A stretch of 64,000 bases of DNA from an uncultured Nitrospiraceae bacterium (lineage in GTDB: Bacteria; Nitrospirota; Nitrospiria; Nitrospirales; Nitrospiraceae): NCBI GenBank assembly GCA_963846575.1, contig CAWJWJ010000001.1, forward strand, positions 672,001-736,000, read 5' to 3'. The position numbers and the translations under genes are program-made. The notes under the pieces were generated by a model. It had not been told where the DNA came from, ran no database searches, and saw only the letters and a list, made by a program, of their open reading frames with translations. Every line of letters begins with the position of its first letter. Within the stretch, counting starts at the first letter, position 1. This document shows positions 42,737-52,791 of this stretch, piece after piece.

Positions 42737-43183
42737 ATGAAGGCTCACTACTTGGGTCATGTTGTATTCTACGTCCAGGATCTTCAGCGCGCGCTCGTCT
42801 TCTACCGGGACCTGCTCGGCTTTCAGGAGGTGGGGCGTATCTTTAACGGCGCCGCTGCCGCCCTGACGTCGGGCCGCACCCATCACGAATTGCTCCTGAT
42901 TCAAGTCGGCGATGCGCCGGGGCCGCCGCAAGGGCGACGGCGCGGGTTGTACCACATCGGCATTAAGGTGGGTGACAGCCTGGATGAACTTCGAGCGGCG
43001 AAGAAGGAGTTGGAGGAAGCGGGCGTCTCGATCGACGGCATGAGCGACCATACGGTCAGCCAGAGCCTGTACCTGCACGATCCCGACGGAAATGAAATCG
43101 AACTCTATGTGGATGCAGACGAAGCGATCTGGAAGAACAATCCGGACGCGGTGATGGCCCCGATCAAATCGTTGCGGCTGTGA
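42737..43183 (+). CDS. VOC / catechol dioxygenase-like protein
   Basis: LGHVV, HHEL, GLYHIG and DHTVSQSLYLHDPDGNEIELY motifs. Confidence 0.85.
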   Translation: MKAHYLGHVVFYVQDLQRALVFYRDLLGFQEVGRIFNGAAAALTSGRTHHELLLIQVGDAPGPPQGRRRGLYHIGIKVGDSLDELRAAKKELEEAGVSIDGMSDHTVSQSLYLHDPDGNEIELYVDADEAIWKNNPDAVMAPIKSLRL

Positions 43184-43325
43184 CGCAGAGGGACAGGCCG
43201 ATGCCAGAGGGTGGTGTCCGCCACCTGGCCTTTCATCCCGCCTGGGCTAACGCGGAGGCTGCCGCCCTCCGGTTCTGCGCCGCCTTCAGGAAAGGCCCGG
43301 CTGAAAGGCGGGAAAGGAGCGGTCC

Positions 43326-44183
43326 ATGCAGCAGTATGAACCAACCCTCAGCTTGGCGGGTCGTCTGTGCATCGCGACCGTGTTTCTTGTGGCCGGTTTC
43401 CAGAAGATCTTCGATGAGCAAGGGACGCAACTGTACATGGCGACCTATGGTCTGACCCTGGGCACCATGATGTTGTACCTCGGAGCCACCGTAATCGAGA
43501 TCGCGGGCGGTATCGCGCTGGTGCTGGGTCAGACCACCCGTGAAGCAGCCTTTCTGCTCGTCCTCTTCATGCTCCTGGTAACCGGAATTTTTCATACTCA
43601 TCTGGCTGATACGAACCAGGTCCTCCACCTCGTCAAGAACGTTGCCATCATCGGCGGGCTACTCTACGTCGGCGCCTATGGGTCGGGGTCTCGCAGCGTG
43701 GATCCTCGAGACAATGTATGGAACAAGGATGAGAGTGCATGGCCCTATTACGATGTCCTGGCGCTGGCGGGGCGCATGTCGCTCGGCGGTCTTTTCCTGC
43801 TGTCGGGCGTGAGCAAGATTGTGGATCCGGAGGGAACCGGACAGGACATGGCTGGCGCGGGACTCGGCCCGGCCATGGAGTGGTTCTATGCCGGGGCGAT
43901 CGTGGTGGAAATCGGCGGCGCGCTTGCCTTGTGGCTTGGCTATTGGACCAGAGCCGGCGCCGCGGCATTGATCCTTTTCCTCATTCCGACGACGCTATTT
44001 TTTCATCCGACCTCCATCAGTCCTGTGCTAGACGCGGCGCTCCAGGACCAACATATTCACGTGATGAAGAATCTCGCGATCCTCGGCGGCCTCCTGTACG
44101 TCGTGGCCCACGGGGCTGGCCCGCTCAGTCTTGATGCGCGGCCTAGCGGGATCCTGAAAGGCGGAGTGAAGCATGGCGTCTAG
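43326..44183 (+). CDS. Tandem (double) DoxX membrane protein
   Basis: Two repeats of LAGR..FL.G..KI...E..GG.AL.LG...KN.AI.GGLLY..G.G..S.D. Confidence 0.85.
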   Translation: MQQYEPTLSLAGRLCIATVFLVAGFQKIFDEQGTQLYMATYGLTLGTMMLYLGATVIEIAGGIALVLGQTTREAAFLLVLFMLLVTGIFHTHLADTNQVLHLVKNVAIIGGLLYVGAYGSGSRSVDPRDNVWNKDESAWPYYDVLALAGRMSLGGLFLLSGVSKIVDPEGTGQDMAGAGLGPAMEWFYAGAIVVEIGGALALWLGYWTRAGAAALILFLIPTTLFFHPTSISPVLDAALQDQHIHVMKNLAILGGLLYVVAHGAGPLSLDARPSGILKGGVKHGV

Positions 44184-44394
44184 ACCCACGCGCCGCTTTT
44201 CCCGCTCATAAAATCATGAAGCGCGGTAGACGTGCGGCACAAGGTGAACGAGGAGCAATCCATAAGGACAGCCGACGAGAGGCTGCAACCGGTCCGGGTC
44301 CCTAGCCCGGTCCAGGCCTGTTTCAAGTCTTTAGGTACCGACCATGCGGTTGATTCACAGGTGCTGACGTTAACGATCCAGGAAGGGAGAGGTT

Positions 44395-45414
44395 ATGGCC
44401 CAGATGAAAGCCATTCACGTGGCAGGAGCTGGAGGCGACTGGCAACTTGTCGAACGCGAGGTGCCTCAACCGAAGGCTGGTCAGGTGCGGGTGAAGGTCC
44501 AGGCCTGCGGGATTTGTCACAGTGACATGTTCGTGAAGGAGGGGCAGTGGCCGGGTCTGCAGTTTCCGCGTATACCGGGCCACGAAATAGCCGGCCTGAT
44601 CGACGAACTGGGCCCCGCCGTCACGGCCTGGAAAAAAGGCCAGCGAGTCGGCGTCGGCTGGCACGGAGGCCACTGCGGTCACTGTGACGCCTGCCGGAGA
44701 GGGGATTTCGTCCTCTGCCGGTCCTCGCAGGTGTGCGGCATCAGTTATGACGGCGGCTGGGCTGAGTATGTGGTGGTGCCGGCCGAAGCCGTGGCCTCCC
44801 TTCCGGATGACCTGCCTGCCGAAGAGGCGGCTCCCCTCCTCTGCGCGGGCATTACCACGTTCAATAGCCTGCGGAACAGCGGCGCCAGAGCGGGGGATTT
44901 GGTGGCCGTGGTGGGAATCGGCGGCTTGGGACATCTGGGGGTTCAATATGCTTCGAAGTTGGGGCTGAAGACGGTGGCCGTCTCGCGAGGAAAGGACAAG
45001 GCCCCACTTGCGCTCAAGTTGGGCGCCGCTCACTATATCGATGCGGCAGCCGAGAATCCCGCCGAGGAACTGCAGAAACTGGGCGGAGCCCGCGTCATTC
45101 TCGCGACGGCGCCGGACAGCCAGGCCATCGCATCGATGGTGGACGGCCTCGGGGCCAACGGCACGTTGCTCATCGTGGCTGCGCCGGGAGAACCGGTTTC
45201 GGTTAACGTCGTCACCCTGATCGGGAAACGTGCATCGGTCCAAGGCTGGCCGTCCGGCACCGCCAAGGATTCCGAGGACACGTTGCGCTTCAGCGCGATG
45301 ACGGGGGTCAGGCCCATGATCGAACGGTTCCCGCTCGCTCGAGCGTCCGACGCGTATCAACTGATGATGAGCGGTAAGGTGCGGTTTCGTGCTGTGTTAA
45401 CCATGAACCCCTAA
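44395..45414 (+). CDS. Zn-dependent alcohol dehydrogenase
   Basis: CGICHSD, PGHE, CGHCDAC..C and GIGGLGH motifs. Confidence 0.92.
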   Translation: MAQMKAIHVAGAGGDWQLVEREVPQPKAGQVRVKVQACGICHSDMFVKEGQWPGLQFPRIPGHEIAGLIDELGPAVTAWKKGQRVGVGWHGGHCGHCDACRRGDFVLCRSSQVCGISYDGGWAEYVVVPAEAVASLPDDLPAEEAAPLLCAGITTFNSLRNSGARAGDLVAVVGIGGLGHLGVQYASKLGLKTVAVSRGKDKAPLALKLGAAHYIDAAAENPAEELQKLGGARVILATAPDSQAIASMVDGLGANGTLLIVAAPGEPVSVNVVTLIGKRASVQGWPSGTAKDSEDTLRFSAMTGVRPMIERFPLARASDAYQLMMSGKVRFRAVLTMNP

Positions 45415-45427
45415 CCAGGAGGATCAG

Positions 45428-45862
45428 ATGAAACGGAATGCGTCTGCACGATGGCAGGGAGATCTCAAGACCGGCAAAGGGACGGTGTCGACGGAGAGTG
45501 GCGTGTTGGCCCAGGCGCAATATTCGTTTGGGACCCGATTCGAGAATGGAAAAGGCACGAACCCCGAAGAGTTGATCGCGGCCGCCCATGCGGGATGTTT
45601 TACAATGGCCCTCTCAGGACAGTTAGCCGCGGTGAATCTGGTGGCCGATCACCTGGCCACCACTGCCACTGTCACGATGGAGAAAGTGGAGGCGGGCTGG
45701 ACTGTGACCGGAGTCCATCTCTCGGTAACGGGGAAGGTGCCAAAGGCTGATGCGGCCGCCTGGGAGAAAGCGACGGCGGCGGCCAAGGCCGGCTGTCCCA
45801 TTTCGCGGCTCCTCAACGCTCCGATCACCATGGATGCGAAGTTAGAGAACGAGCATTCCTAA
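45428..45862 (+). CDS. osmC: OsmC peroxiredoxin
   Basis: GTNPEELIAAAHAGCF and AKAGCPIS motifs. Confidence 0.92.
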   Translation: MKRNASARWQGDLKTGKGTVSTESGVLAQAQYSFGTRFENGKGTNPEELIAAAHAGCFTMALSGQLAAVNLVADHLATTATVTMEKVEAGWTVTGVHLSVTGKVPKADAAAWEKATAAAKAGCPISRLLNAPITMDAKLENEHS

Positions 45863-46039
45863 CCGTTCCGCAGGGACCGGGGTCCGGCATCTCCCCGGGT
45901 GGCGTTCCGTTCAGCACAGAATGGTTGCCGCCCAAGGAACGTGCGGAGTATCGGGATGACGAGACGGCCGGCATCAAGGGGATCGGTGGCGGCATGGGCA
46001 TGAGAGCGCCTCCGCAGCAGATGAGCCGTCGGGGGCGCC

Positions 46040-46327
46040 TTAGCCGGGATCGACTTGTACCCCCTTCCAAAAGGCCACATATCCAGTGATCTGTTTGGCC
46101 GCCTCTTTGGGGGAGGGATAATGCCAGGCTGCGTCCTTGTTCACCTGTCCGTCCACGACGAGGTCGTAATAACTCGCTTCTCCTTTCCAGGGACAGGTCG
46201 TATGTTTCGCGCTCGGTTGGAAGTACTCTCGCGTGATTGACTGGGGCGGGAAATAATAATTCCCTTCCACCACCTGCCCTTGATCGCTTTCGGCCAATGT
46301 CCGTCCGTTCCAGGTAGCTTTTGGCAT
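46040..46327 (-). CDS. DUF427 protein
   Basis: VEGNYYFP, TTCPWKGEASYY and YVAFWKGV motifs. Confidence 0.88.
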   Translation of the reverse strand: MPKATWNGRTLAESDQGQVVEGNYYFPPQSITREYFQPSAKHTTCPWKGEASYYDLVVDGQVNKDAAWHYPSPKEAAKQITGYVAFWKGVQVDPG

Positions 46328-46758
46328 GATGGCCTCCTTTTTGTGCCGGATCCCTGTAAGGGCTGTCTTCCCTTGCCGGGTCCGCTCTCGCTACAGAAGA
46401 TCTCCTCCTCAAGTCAGTAAAGTCTGGCATCCCTCTGGCACCTCACACAAGTGGAATAATTTCGGGTAGAAGGTAGCTGAGTTGCTTGAGTGCGGTTGAT
46501 GCCTCACCCGGCCCGACCATGTCTGGATCGACAAGCCGGACCAGGTAGGATCGCGCGCAAGATGTCTCTCGATGACGGGAGCATTTGCCCTCGACAGCAG
46601 GGAGGCGAATAGCAGAAACAGCACATGGTATTCTGGCGAATGGCAAGACGGGCCGACGGCACGTCCTCGTATGTGGCGTGCCGCTGGAATTCGTGGCCGG
46701 CAATCCGGCCCTCACTTGCGAAGGTCGGTGTGAGTTTTCTATCGAGAAGGAGTGCCCT

Positions 46759-47364
46759 ATGGAGAAACCAGCCGAGACGCAGTATCCGATCCATGACCTC
46801 TTGCGTCGGCGATGGAGTCCGCGTGCGTATGCTGACAAGCCCGTGGAGCGGGACACATTGCAACGCCTCTTCGAAGCGGCCCGATGGGCGCCCTCATCGA
46901 GCAACGAGCAACCCTGGCACTTCATTGTCGCGACGAAGGAGGAGCCTTCCGCCTATGATCGTCTCTTTCAATGCTTGAAAGAAGGGAACAAGAAATGGGC
47001 GTTTCGAGCCCCGGTGCTGATCCTGTCGGTGGCGCGAGTGACGTTTGAAGAGGAGGACACGCCGAACCAGCATGCCTGGCACGACACGGGTATGGCCGCC
47101 TTCAGTCTCAGCCTGCAGAGCACGGCCCTGGGGTTGATCGTGCACCAGATGGCGGGGTTCGATGTGGAGAAGGCCCGAAAGGACCTCGAGATTCCAGAGG
47201 GCTTCGAGCCGGTCGCCATGATCGCCGTGGGATATCCGGGAGATCCGGCGATCTTAGACGAGCGGTTGCGTCAGCGGGAGATGGCGCCGCGTGAACGGAA
47301 GCCAGCGCGCGAGTTCCTCTACGTCGGGAAGTGGGGAAAGCCCTCTGATTGGTTCGGCCGATAA
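46759..47364 (+). CDS. Nitroreductase family protein
   Basis: RRWSPRAY, ARWAPSSSNEQPWHF and HQMAGFD motifs; AAGGAG RBS. Confidence 0.9.
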   Translation: MEKPAETQYPIHDLLRRRWSPRAYADKPVERDTLQRLFEAARWAPSSSNEQPWHFIVATKEEPSAYDRLFQCLKEGNKKWAFRAPVLILSVARVTFEEEDTPNQHAWHDTGMAAFSLSLQSTALGLIVHQMAGFDVEKARKDLEIPEGFEPVAMIAVGYPGDPAILDERLRQREMAPRERKPAREFLYVGKWGKPSDWFGR

Positions 47365-47410
47365 TCCGGCGGGCGAGAGTCTCACCGGAGGGAAAACGGA
47401 AGGAGGGCGA

Positions 47411-48142
47411 ATGAAATTCCTGAGCGGAAAGGTTGCCATTGTGACCGGTTCGTCCAGCGGCATCGGCCGGGCCATTGCGGAACGGTTGGCTCAGGAGGGC
47501 GCGACGGTGGTCGTGAACTACAATCGGAACGCGGAAAAGGCGCGCACGGTTGTCGACGGGATTCAAGCCAGGGGCGGAACGGCAGTGTCGAATCGGGCCG
47601 ACATGAGTCTGGTCGCGGAGGCCCAGCGGCTGATGCAGGAGACCGTGCAACAGTTCGGCCGCCTGGACATTCTCGTCAATAATGCGGGCCGGTTCATACC
47701 CAAGGCGATGGCAGAGATGACGGAGGCCGAGTTCGACGCCATCATGGCGCTCAATGCCAAGGGGCCGTATTTTGCGATGCAGGCGGCCGCGAAGGTGCTC
47801 AGCGACGGCGGCCGCATCGTGAACGTTTCCACCGCCCTGACCAGACTGAATTTCCCGGGGGCGACGGCCCATTTGGGAAGCAAGGCGGCGCTGGAACAGT
47901 ACGGCAAGGGACTCGCGCAGGAACTGGCGGTGCGCGCGATCACCGTCAATACCGTGTCGCCCGGCATCACCGACACCGGGGTGTTGACGGAGGAGAATCG
48001 CGACGCTGGCATACGGATGTCACCCCTGAAACGACTCGGCCTCCCCGCCGACATCGCCGACGTGGTGGCCTTCCTGGTGAGTGAGCAGGGACGGTGGCTG
48101 ACGGGACAGAACATTCAGGCGGGCGGCGGCATTGTGATGTAA
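47411..48142 (+). CDS. SDR family oxidoreductase
   Basis: TGSSSGIG and NNAG motifs; the catalytic YxxxK reads HLGSK here. Confidence 0.85.
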   Translation: MKFLSGKVAIVTGSSSGIGRAIAERLAQEGATVVVNYNRNAEKARTVVDGIQARGGTAVSNRADMSLVAEAQRLMQETVQQFGRLDILVNNAGRFIPKAMAEMTEAEFDAIMALNAKGPYFAMQAAAKVLSDGGRIVNVSTALTRLNFPGATAHLGSKAALEQYGKGLAQELAVRAITVNTVSPGITDTGVLTEENRDAGIRMSPLKRLGLPADIADVVAFLVSEQGRWLTGQNIQAGGGIVM

Positions 48143-48159
48143 CGATAACGGGAGGACAC

Positions 48160-48561
48160 ATGACGAGACGCAATATTTCGACCGGGGGTCCGTGGGAAGG
48201 CAAGATCGGCTATTCGCGAGCGGTGAGGATCGGTCGTTCGGTCCTGGTTTCCGGGACGACGGCCATGACGCCGGCCGGCCTCGTCGGTGCAGGGGATCCT
48301 TACGCGCAAACCGTGCAGACGTTGAAGACGATCGAGGCCGCGCTGGTCCAAGCCGGCGCCTCCGTGGCGGACGTGGTCCGCACCAGGATTTATATGGCCA
48401 ACATCGAGCAATGGCAGGAAGTCGGCCGGGCGCATGGTGAAATGTTCGGTTCGATCAGACCGGCGACGACGATGGTCGAGGTGAAGCGCTTGATCGATCC
48501 GGACATGCTGGTGGAAATCGAAGCAGAGGCGATTACGACTCAGGAGGATTCGGAAGGGTGA
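48160..48561 (+). CDS. RidA/YjgF family protein
   Basis: [24 protein letters not shown] and LVEIEAEA motifs. Confidence 0.9.
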   Translation: MTRRNISTGGPWEGKIGYSRAVRIGRSVLVSGTTAMTPAGLVGAGDPYAQTVQTLKTIEAALVQAGASVADVVRTRIYMANIEQWQEVGRAHGEMFGSIRPATTMVEVKRLIDPDMLVEIEAEAITTQEDSEG

Positions 48562-48568
48562 GAGGGAC

Positions 48569-49258
48569 ATGATCGTCAGGAGGACGGGCCCTTCACCGGA
48601 AACCAGGCACCTGTCCAGAATCGATCCGGTCATGAAGCGCACGATCGCCGAGATCGGACCCTATGGGCTGGTGCTCCGGGTCGGCCGTTCGCCCTTTGAA
48701 TCGCTGACGCGCGCCATCGCGTACCAGCAACTTCATGGGAAGGCCGCCGAAAGCATTCTGAAACGGTTCATCGCGCTCTTTCCAGGCCGGCGGTTCCCCC
48801 TACCGACCGAGGTGCTGGCGGCCAAGCCGGAGATGATTCGAAGTGCCGGCTTTTCATATGCCAAAATTGCGGCGCTCCGGGACCTGGCGGTCAAGACGAT
48901 CGATGGAACGGTGCCGACTTCACGAGTCATCCGACTGCTCGATGACGAGACCATTATCCAGCGGTTGACGGCGGTGCGGGGCATCGGCCAGTGGACGGTC
49001 GAAATGTTATTAATTTTTCATCTCGGGCGTCCGGATGTATTACCCGTGGATGATTTCGGGGTGCGCAATGGATTCCGCCTCTTGTATGGTCTGGACGAAA
49101 TGCCTACGCCTCAGGACCTGGGGCGCTACGGAGCACGCTGGAAACCCTATCGCACTGCCGCCGCCTGGTATCTCTGGCGGGCCTCAGAGGGTGCGAAGGC
49201 CCCCCGGCCGGCGAAACCGATTGTGACGAAGTTGCAGAGACAGGTTTCTCATGGCTGA
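48569..49258 (+). CDS. AlkA-like DNA-3-methyladenine glycosylase (HhH-GPD)
   Basis: IAYQQL, VRGIGQWT, LPVDDFG and WKPYRT..WYLW motifs. Confidence 0.9.
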   Translation: MIVRRTGPSPETRHLSRIDPVMKRTIAEIGPYGLVLRVGRSPFESLTRAIAYQQLHGKAAESILKRFIALFPGRRFPLPTEVLAAKPEMIRSAGFSYAKIAALRDLAVKTIDGTVPTSRVIRLLDDETIIQRLTAVRGIGQWTVEMLLIFHLGRPDVLPVDDFGVRNGFRLLYGLDEMPTPQDLGRYGARWKPYRTAAAWYLWRASEGAKAPRPAKPIVTKLQRQVSHG

Positions 49259-50126
49259 TCCGCAGAAGCGACTCGACACGAACCGTCCGGGGAATTTCTA
49301 CGTTGATACCACTTGCATCAACTGCGACACCTGTCGTCAGCTGGCACCGGCCAGCTTCGAGGAGGTGGGAGAATATTCGGCAGTCGTTCGCCAACCGGCG
49401 GGCGACGAAGAGACGCGCCAGGCGTATCGCGCATTACTCGCCTGCCCGACCGGCTCGATCGGAACCGAGCACGGTGACTCACTAATGCTGAAGGAAGCGA
49501 AGGCCGACTTTCCTCTCATGGTGGAGGACGGTGTCCTCTATTGCGGGTTTAATTCGGAGAAATCCTTTGGGGCCAATAGTTTTTTTGTGCAGCACGAACG
49601 CGGGAACTGGTTGATCGACTCTCCGCGTTATCTCAAGCCGCTGGTGGATACCTTCGAACGCATGGGCGGCGTGGCCCACATCTTCCTCACGCATGAAGAC
49701 GATGTCGCGGACGCGGCTCGTTACGCAACACGATTCGGCGCGAAGCGCATCATCCATCGCGAGGATGTCCATGCCATGCCCGATGCGGAGGTGGTCATCG
49801 AAGGGCGCGGCGCCCATCTATTTTCGCCTGAGTTCGAGATCATCCCCGTCCCCGGCCACACGGCCGGCAGCATGTGCCTGTTACACCGCAACCGCTTCCT
49901 CTTTACCGGGGATCACCTCTGGTGGGATCCGGAGCATCGACGGCTCGAATCTCCGCGACAGTTGGTCTGGGATGCCGACGCCCTGCGTCATTCAATTTCG
50001 ACGCTGGCGCAGTATCCTTTTGAATGGGTGTTGGCCGGCCACGGCGCCCGCATTCATCTACCTGATGTACAGATGCGAGCCGCCTTAAGTGACTTGATTC
50101 ATCGGCGGCAGCAGGGTGCCAGTTAA
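49251..50126 (+). CDS. Ferredoxin-MBL fold fusion protein
   Basis: CINCDTC...CPTGSIG; LTHEDD, PGHT, FTGDH and LAGHG motifs. Confidence 0.85.
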   Translation: MADPQKRLDTNRPGNFYVDTTCINCDTCRQLAPASFEEVGEYSAVVRQPAGDEETRQAYRALLACPTGSIGTEHGDSLMLKEAKADFPLMVEDGVLYCGFNSEKSFGANSFFVQHERGNWLIDSPRYLKPLVDTFERMGGVAHIFLTHEDDVADAARYATRFGAKRIIHREDVHAMPDAEVVIEGRGAHLFSPEFEIIPVPGHTAGSMCLLHRNRFLFTGDHLWWDPEHRRLESPRQLVWDADALRHSISTLAQYPFEWVLAGHGARIHLPDVQMRAALSDLIHRRQQGAS

Positions 50127-50186
50127 CAAACATGATGCGTGCCGTAGTTTGTACCGGGCTCTTTCTGGTCGGTTCCTGGTAGCGTG

Positions 50187-51107
50187 TTAGTTCGTGAGGC
50201 CCGGCGCGATCGCGACCAGGCCGGGTATCTTCAGGGCTCCGACCGCATCCTGAATCACGGTGATGGCGGCCGGTCTCACGAAGCCCTTGCGCCAGGCGAG
50301 AGCGATTCTCCGCTCCGGCATCGGCTTCGAAAATTCCAGGACGGCGAGCCGCTTGTGCTGATGTTTGGCGGTGACCGCACTGCAAGGCATCACCGTGATG
50401 CCCAGCCCAGAGGCCACCATCTGGCGGATCGTCTCCAGTGAATTGCCCTGCAACGCTTCCGTGTCTGACCGGCTGAGCTCCGGGCAACTGTCCAGAACTT
50501 GTTGCCGGAAACAATGTCCCGCATGGGGCAGCAGCACCCGCTCCTTGCTCAACTGGGCCTGATCAATCCGGCCTTTTCTGGCCAGGCGATGGTCCGCCGG
50601 AACCACGGCCTTGAAGGGTTCGTCGTAGAGCGCCTGGGTGAGAATGCCCGGTTCCTCGAACGGCAGGGCGACCATGATTACGTCCAGCTTCCCGCTCTTC
50701 AACATCGCCGTCAGGTTCACCGTGAGGTTTTCTTCGATTTCGAGCGGCATGGCGGGGGCTCGTTTGTACAGGAGCGGAATGAGGTCAGGCAGGACATAGG
50801 GGCCTACCGTGGCGATCACGCCGAACCGAAGCGCTCCCGCCAGTTGATTTTTCCCCTGCGCCGCCAGCAGCTTGATCTGATCCGCTTCTTCCAGCACCCG
50901 TTGCGCCTGGTGCACGATTTTTTCTCCCAGTGGCGTAGGCGCGACGTGATTCTTCCGCCGCTCAAAGATTGCCACTCCCAATTCTTCCTCCAGCTTCTTC
51001 ACTGCGAGACTCAGGGCCGGTTGGGTCACGAATACCCGGTCCGCGGCTCGCGCGAAGTGATGCTCCTGGGCAAGGGCGACGATGTACTGCAGTTCCGTCA
51101 AGGTCAT
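50187..51107 (-). CDS. oxyR: H2O2-responsive LysR regulator OxyR
   Basis: LysR HTH; GHCFRQQVLDSC (C-X8-C redox pair); SLETIRQMVASG. Confidence 0.88.
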   Translation of the reverse strand: MTLTELQYIVALAQEHHFARAADRVFVTQPALSLAVKKLEEELGVAIFERRKNHVAPTPLGEKIVHQAQRVLEEADQIKLLAAQGKNQLAGALRFGVIATVGPYVLPDLIPLLYKRAPAMPLEIEENLTVNLTAMLKSGKLDVIMVALPFEEPGILTQALYDEPFKAVVPADHRLARKGRIDQAQLSKERVLLPHAGHCFRQQVLDSCPELSRSDTEALQGNSLETIRQMVASGLGITVMPCSAVTAKHQHKRLAVLEFSKPMPERRIALAWRKGFVRPAAITVIQDAVGALKIPGLVAIAPGLTN

Positions 51108-51123
51108 GAGGCAACCTCTATTA

Positions 51124-51169
51124 ATAAGGTACGCTAATCAACACTGATTACATTATCAATTAGACTGAT
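51124..51169. promoter_or_regulatory. Putative OxyR binding site
   Basis: ATAA-N7-TAAT followed by ATTA..CAAT..GAT phased elements between oxyR and the divergent genes. Confidence 0.55.
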
Positions 51170-51250
51170 GTGCAGGCAAGCGGCTAGGCTTACGTAGGTG
51201 TCAGAGTCATAGCGGGATCAAAGTCAGACACGTACACAAGGAGGTATGTT

Positions 51251-51469
51251 ATGCGCGACCAACTCACAGTGATCATCGTGGCCGCGACCTTGGGAATTCT
51301 GCAAGGGTGCGCGGCGCCGTCGGCCCAGCGGCCCGAGGCGCAGCAGAGCCCGGGATCGACTCCTACCATGACCGCCGTCGAGCGGGATGAGAGAGGCTGC
51401 ATGGAGGGTGCGACACAGAACTGCGATCTGCGGTATCAGAGGGAAGGTTCCACACTTCGCTTCCGGTGA
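51251..51469 (+). CDS. Small lipoprotein with a Cys pair
   Basis: AAGGAGG RBS; lipobox LQGC; C-X7-C near the C-terminus. Confidence 0.65.
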   Translation: MRDQLTVIIVAATLGILQGCAAPSAQRPEAQQSPGSTPTMTAVERDERGCMEGATQNCDLRYQREGSTLRFR

Positions 51470-51550
51470 CAGGGGGGCGGCGTCCCTGGAACTGGGTCGG
51501 TCCGCGGGCTGTGAGATCGAACGGCAACCAACAAGGGAGGACATGCAGTC

Positions 51551-52636
51551 ATGAAGGGTATGAGAGTGGATCGTATGACTGGGAGGAGCGTCGCCGTAGC
51601 GAGCGTGGCCGTCGTGGCCCTGGCGCTGTCGGCGGTCAGCGGGGTGAGAGGGGGGCAGCCCCTTCAGGCTGCGACGGAGGCGAACGGCGCGCCCTCTGTC
51701 CCATTGGGGCTGGAAGACCCTGCGGCCTATATCCCGGCCGATAATCCACAGACGCCTACGAAGATCGAGCTTGGCCGGATGCTCTTTTTTGATAAGCGGC
51801 TGTCGAAGACGAACACGATTGCCTGTGCCAACTGTCATATGCCGGCGCTGGCGTTTACCGATGGGCAGTCGGTCTCCATGGGAATTAATCGGCTGCAGGG
51901 AGGGCGGAGTGCTCCAACGGCCATCAATCGTGTCTACAGCAAGTTGCAGTTTTGGGACGGGCGTGCCCAGACCTTGGAGGAGCAGTCTACCGGGCCCTTC
52001 GTGAATGCCGTGGAACATGGCTTTTTCGACTACGACGAGATGACGACGAAAATGAAGAAAGTGAGCGGGTATCGGGAGCTTTTCAAGGAGGTCTTTGCGG
52101 AGGACATCACGGAAAAGAATATCGGGAAGGCGATTGCCAGCTTTCAACGGACGCTCATCTCCGGCAATAGCCCGGCGGACCGGTTCGATTTCGGCGGGGA
52201 CGAGCAGGCGTTGACCGCCTCCGCCCAACGAGGGCTGGAGTTGGGCGGAGGCAAGGCACGTTGCACGCGCTGTCATTCGGGGTTCAACTTTTCAGACGAA
52301 AAGTTTCATAACCTCGGTATCGGCTGGGATACGAATCAGGTAGACTTGGGCCGTTACATGGTCACGAAGGATCCGGAGGATATCGGTGCCTTCAGGACGC
52401 CGACCCTGCGGGAGATTTCGCGTACCGCCCCCTACATGCATGACGGGCGGTTCGGGACCCTTGAAGAGGTCGTGAACTTTTACAATCAGGGCGGAATGCG
52501 AAATCCACACTTGGACAATACAATCATCCCGCTTGAGCTTACGGAGTCGGAACGGCAGGACGTGGTCGCCTTCCTACGATCGCTCAATGGTGAAGGCTGG
52601 CAACATGTCACTGCTCCGATCGAATTTCCGAAATAG
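51551..52636 (+). CDS. Di-heme cytochrome c peroxidase (CCP/MauG family)
   Basis: CANCH, CTRCH, QFWDGRA and TAPYMHDG motifs; signal peptide. Confidence 0.9.
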   Translation: MKGMRVDRMTGRSVAVASVAVVALALSAVSGVRGGQPLQAATEANGAPSVPLGLEDPAAYIPADNPQTPTKIELGRMLFFDKRLSKTNTIACANCHMPALAFTDGQSVSMGINRLQGGRSAPTAINRVYSKLQFWDGRAQTLEEQSTGPFVNAVEHGFFDYDEMTTKMKKVSGYRELFKEVFAEDITEKNIGKAIASFQRTLISGNSPADRFDFGGDEQALTASAQRGLELGGGKARCTRCHSGFNFSDEKFHNLGIGWDTNQVDLGRYMVTKDPEDIGAFRTPTLREISRTAPYMHDGRFGTLEEVVNFYNQGGMRNPHLDNTIIPLELTESERQDVVAFLRSLNGEGWQHVTAPIEFPK

Positions 52637-52659
52637 TGGTCTCTAGAGGGAACAGGGAG

Positions 52660-52692
52660 AAGGGCTGGGGGGGTATCCCCCGGCCCTTTTTT
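52660..52692 (+). terminator. Rho-independent terminator
   Basis: AGGGCTGGGG..CCCCGGCCCT stem followed by a T run. Confidence 0.7.
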
Positions 52693-52791
52693 CGTGCTTG
52701 CGGTCTGCTCTGATCTCCTGACAGACCGCGAGGGACCGGGCGGCTTGCAAATGACCGCTCCATACCGGTAACAGAGAAGCACGAAGGAGTG

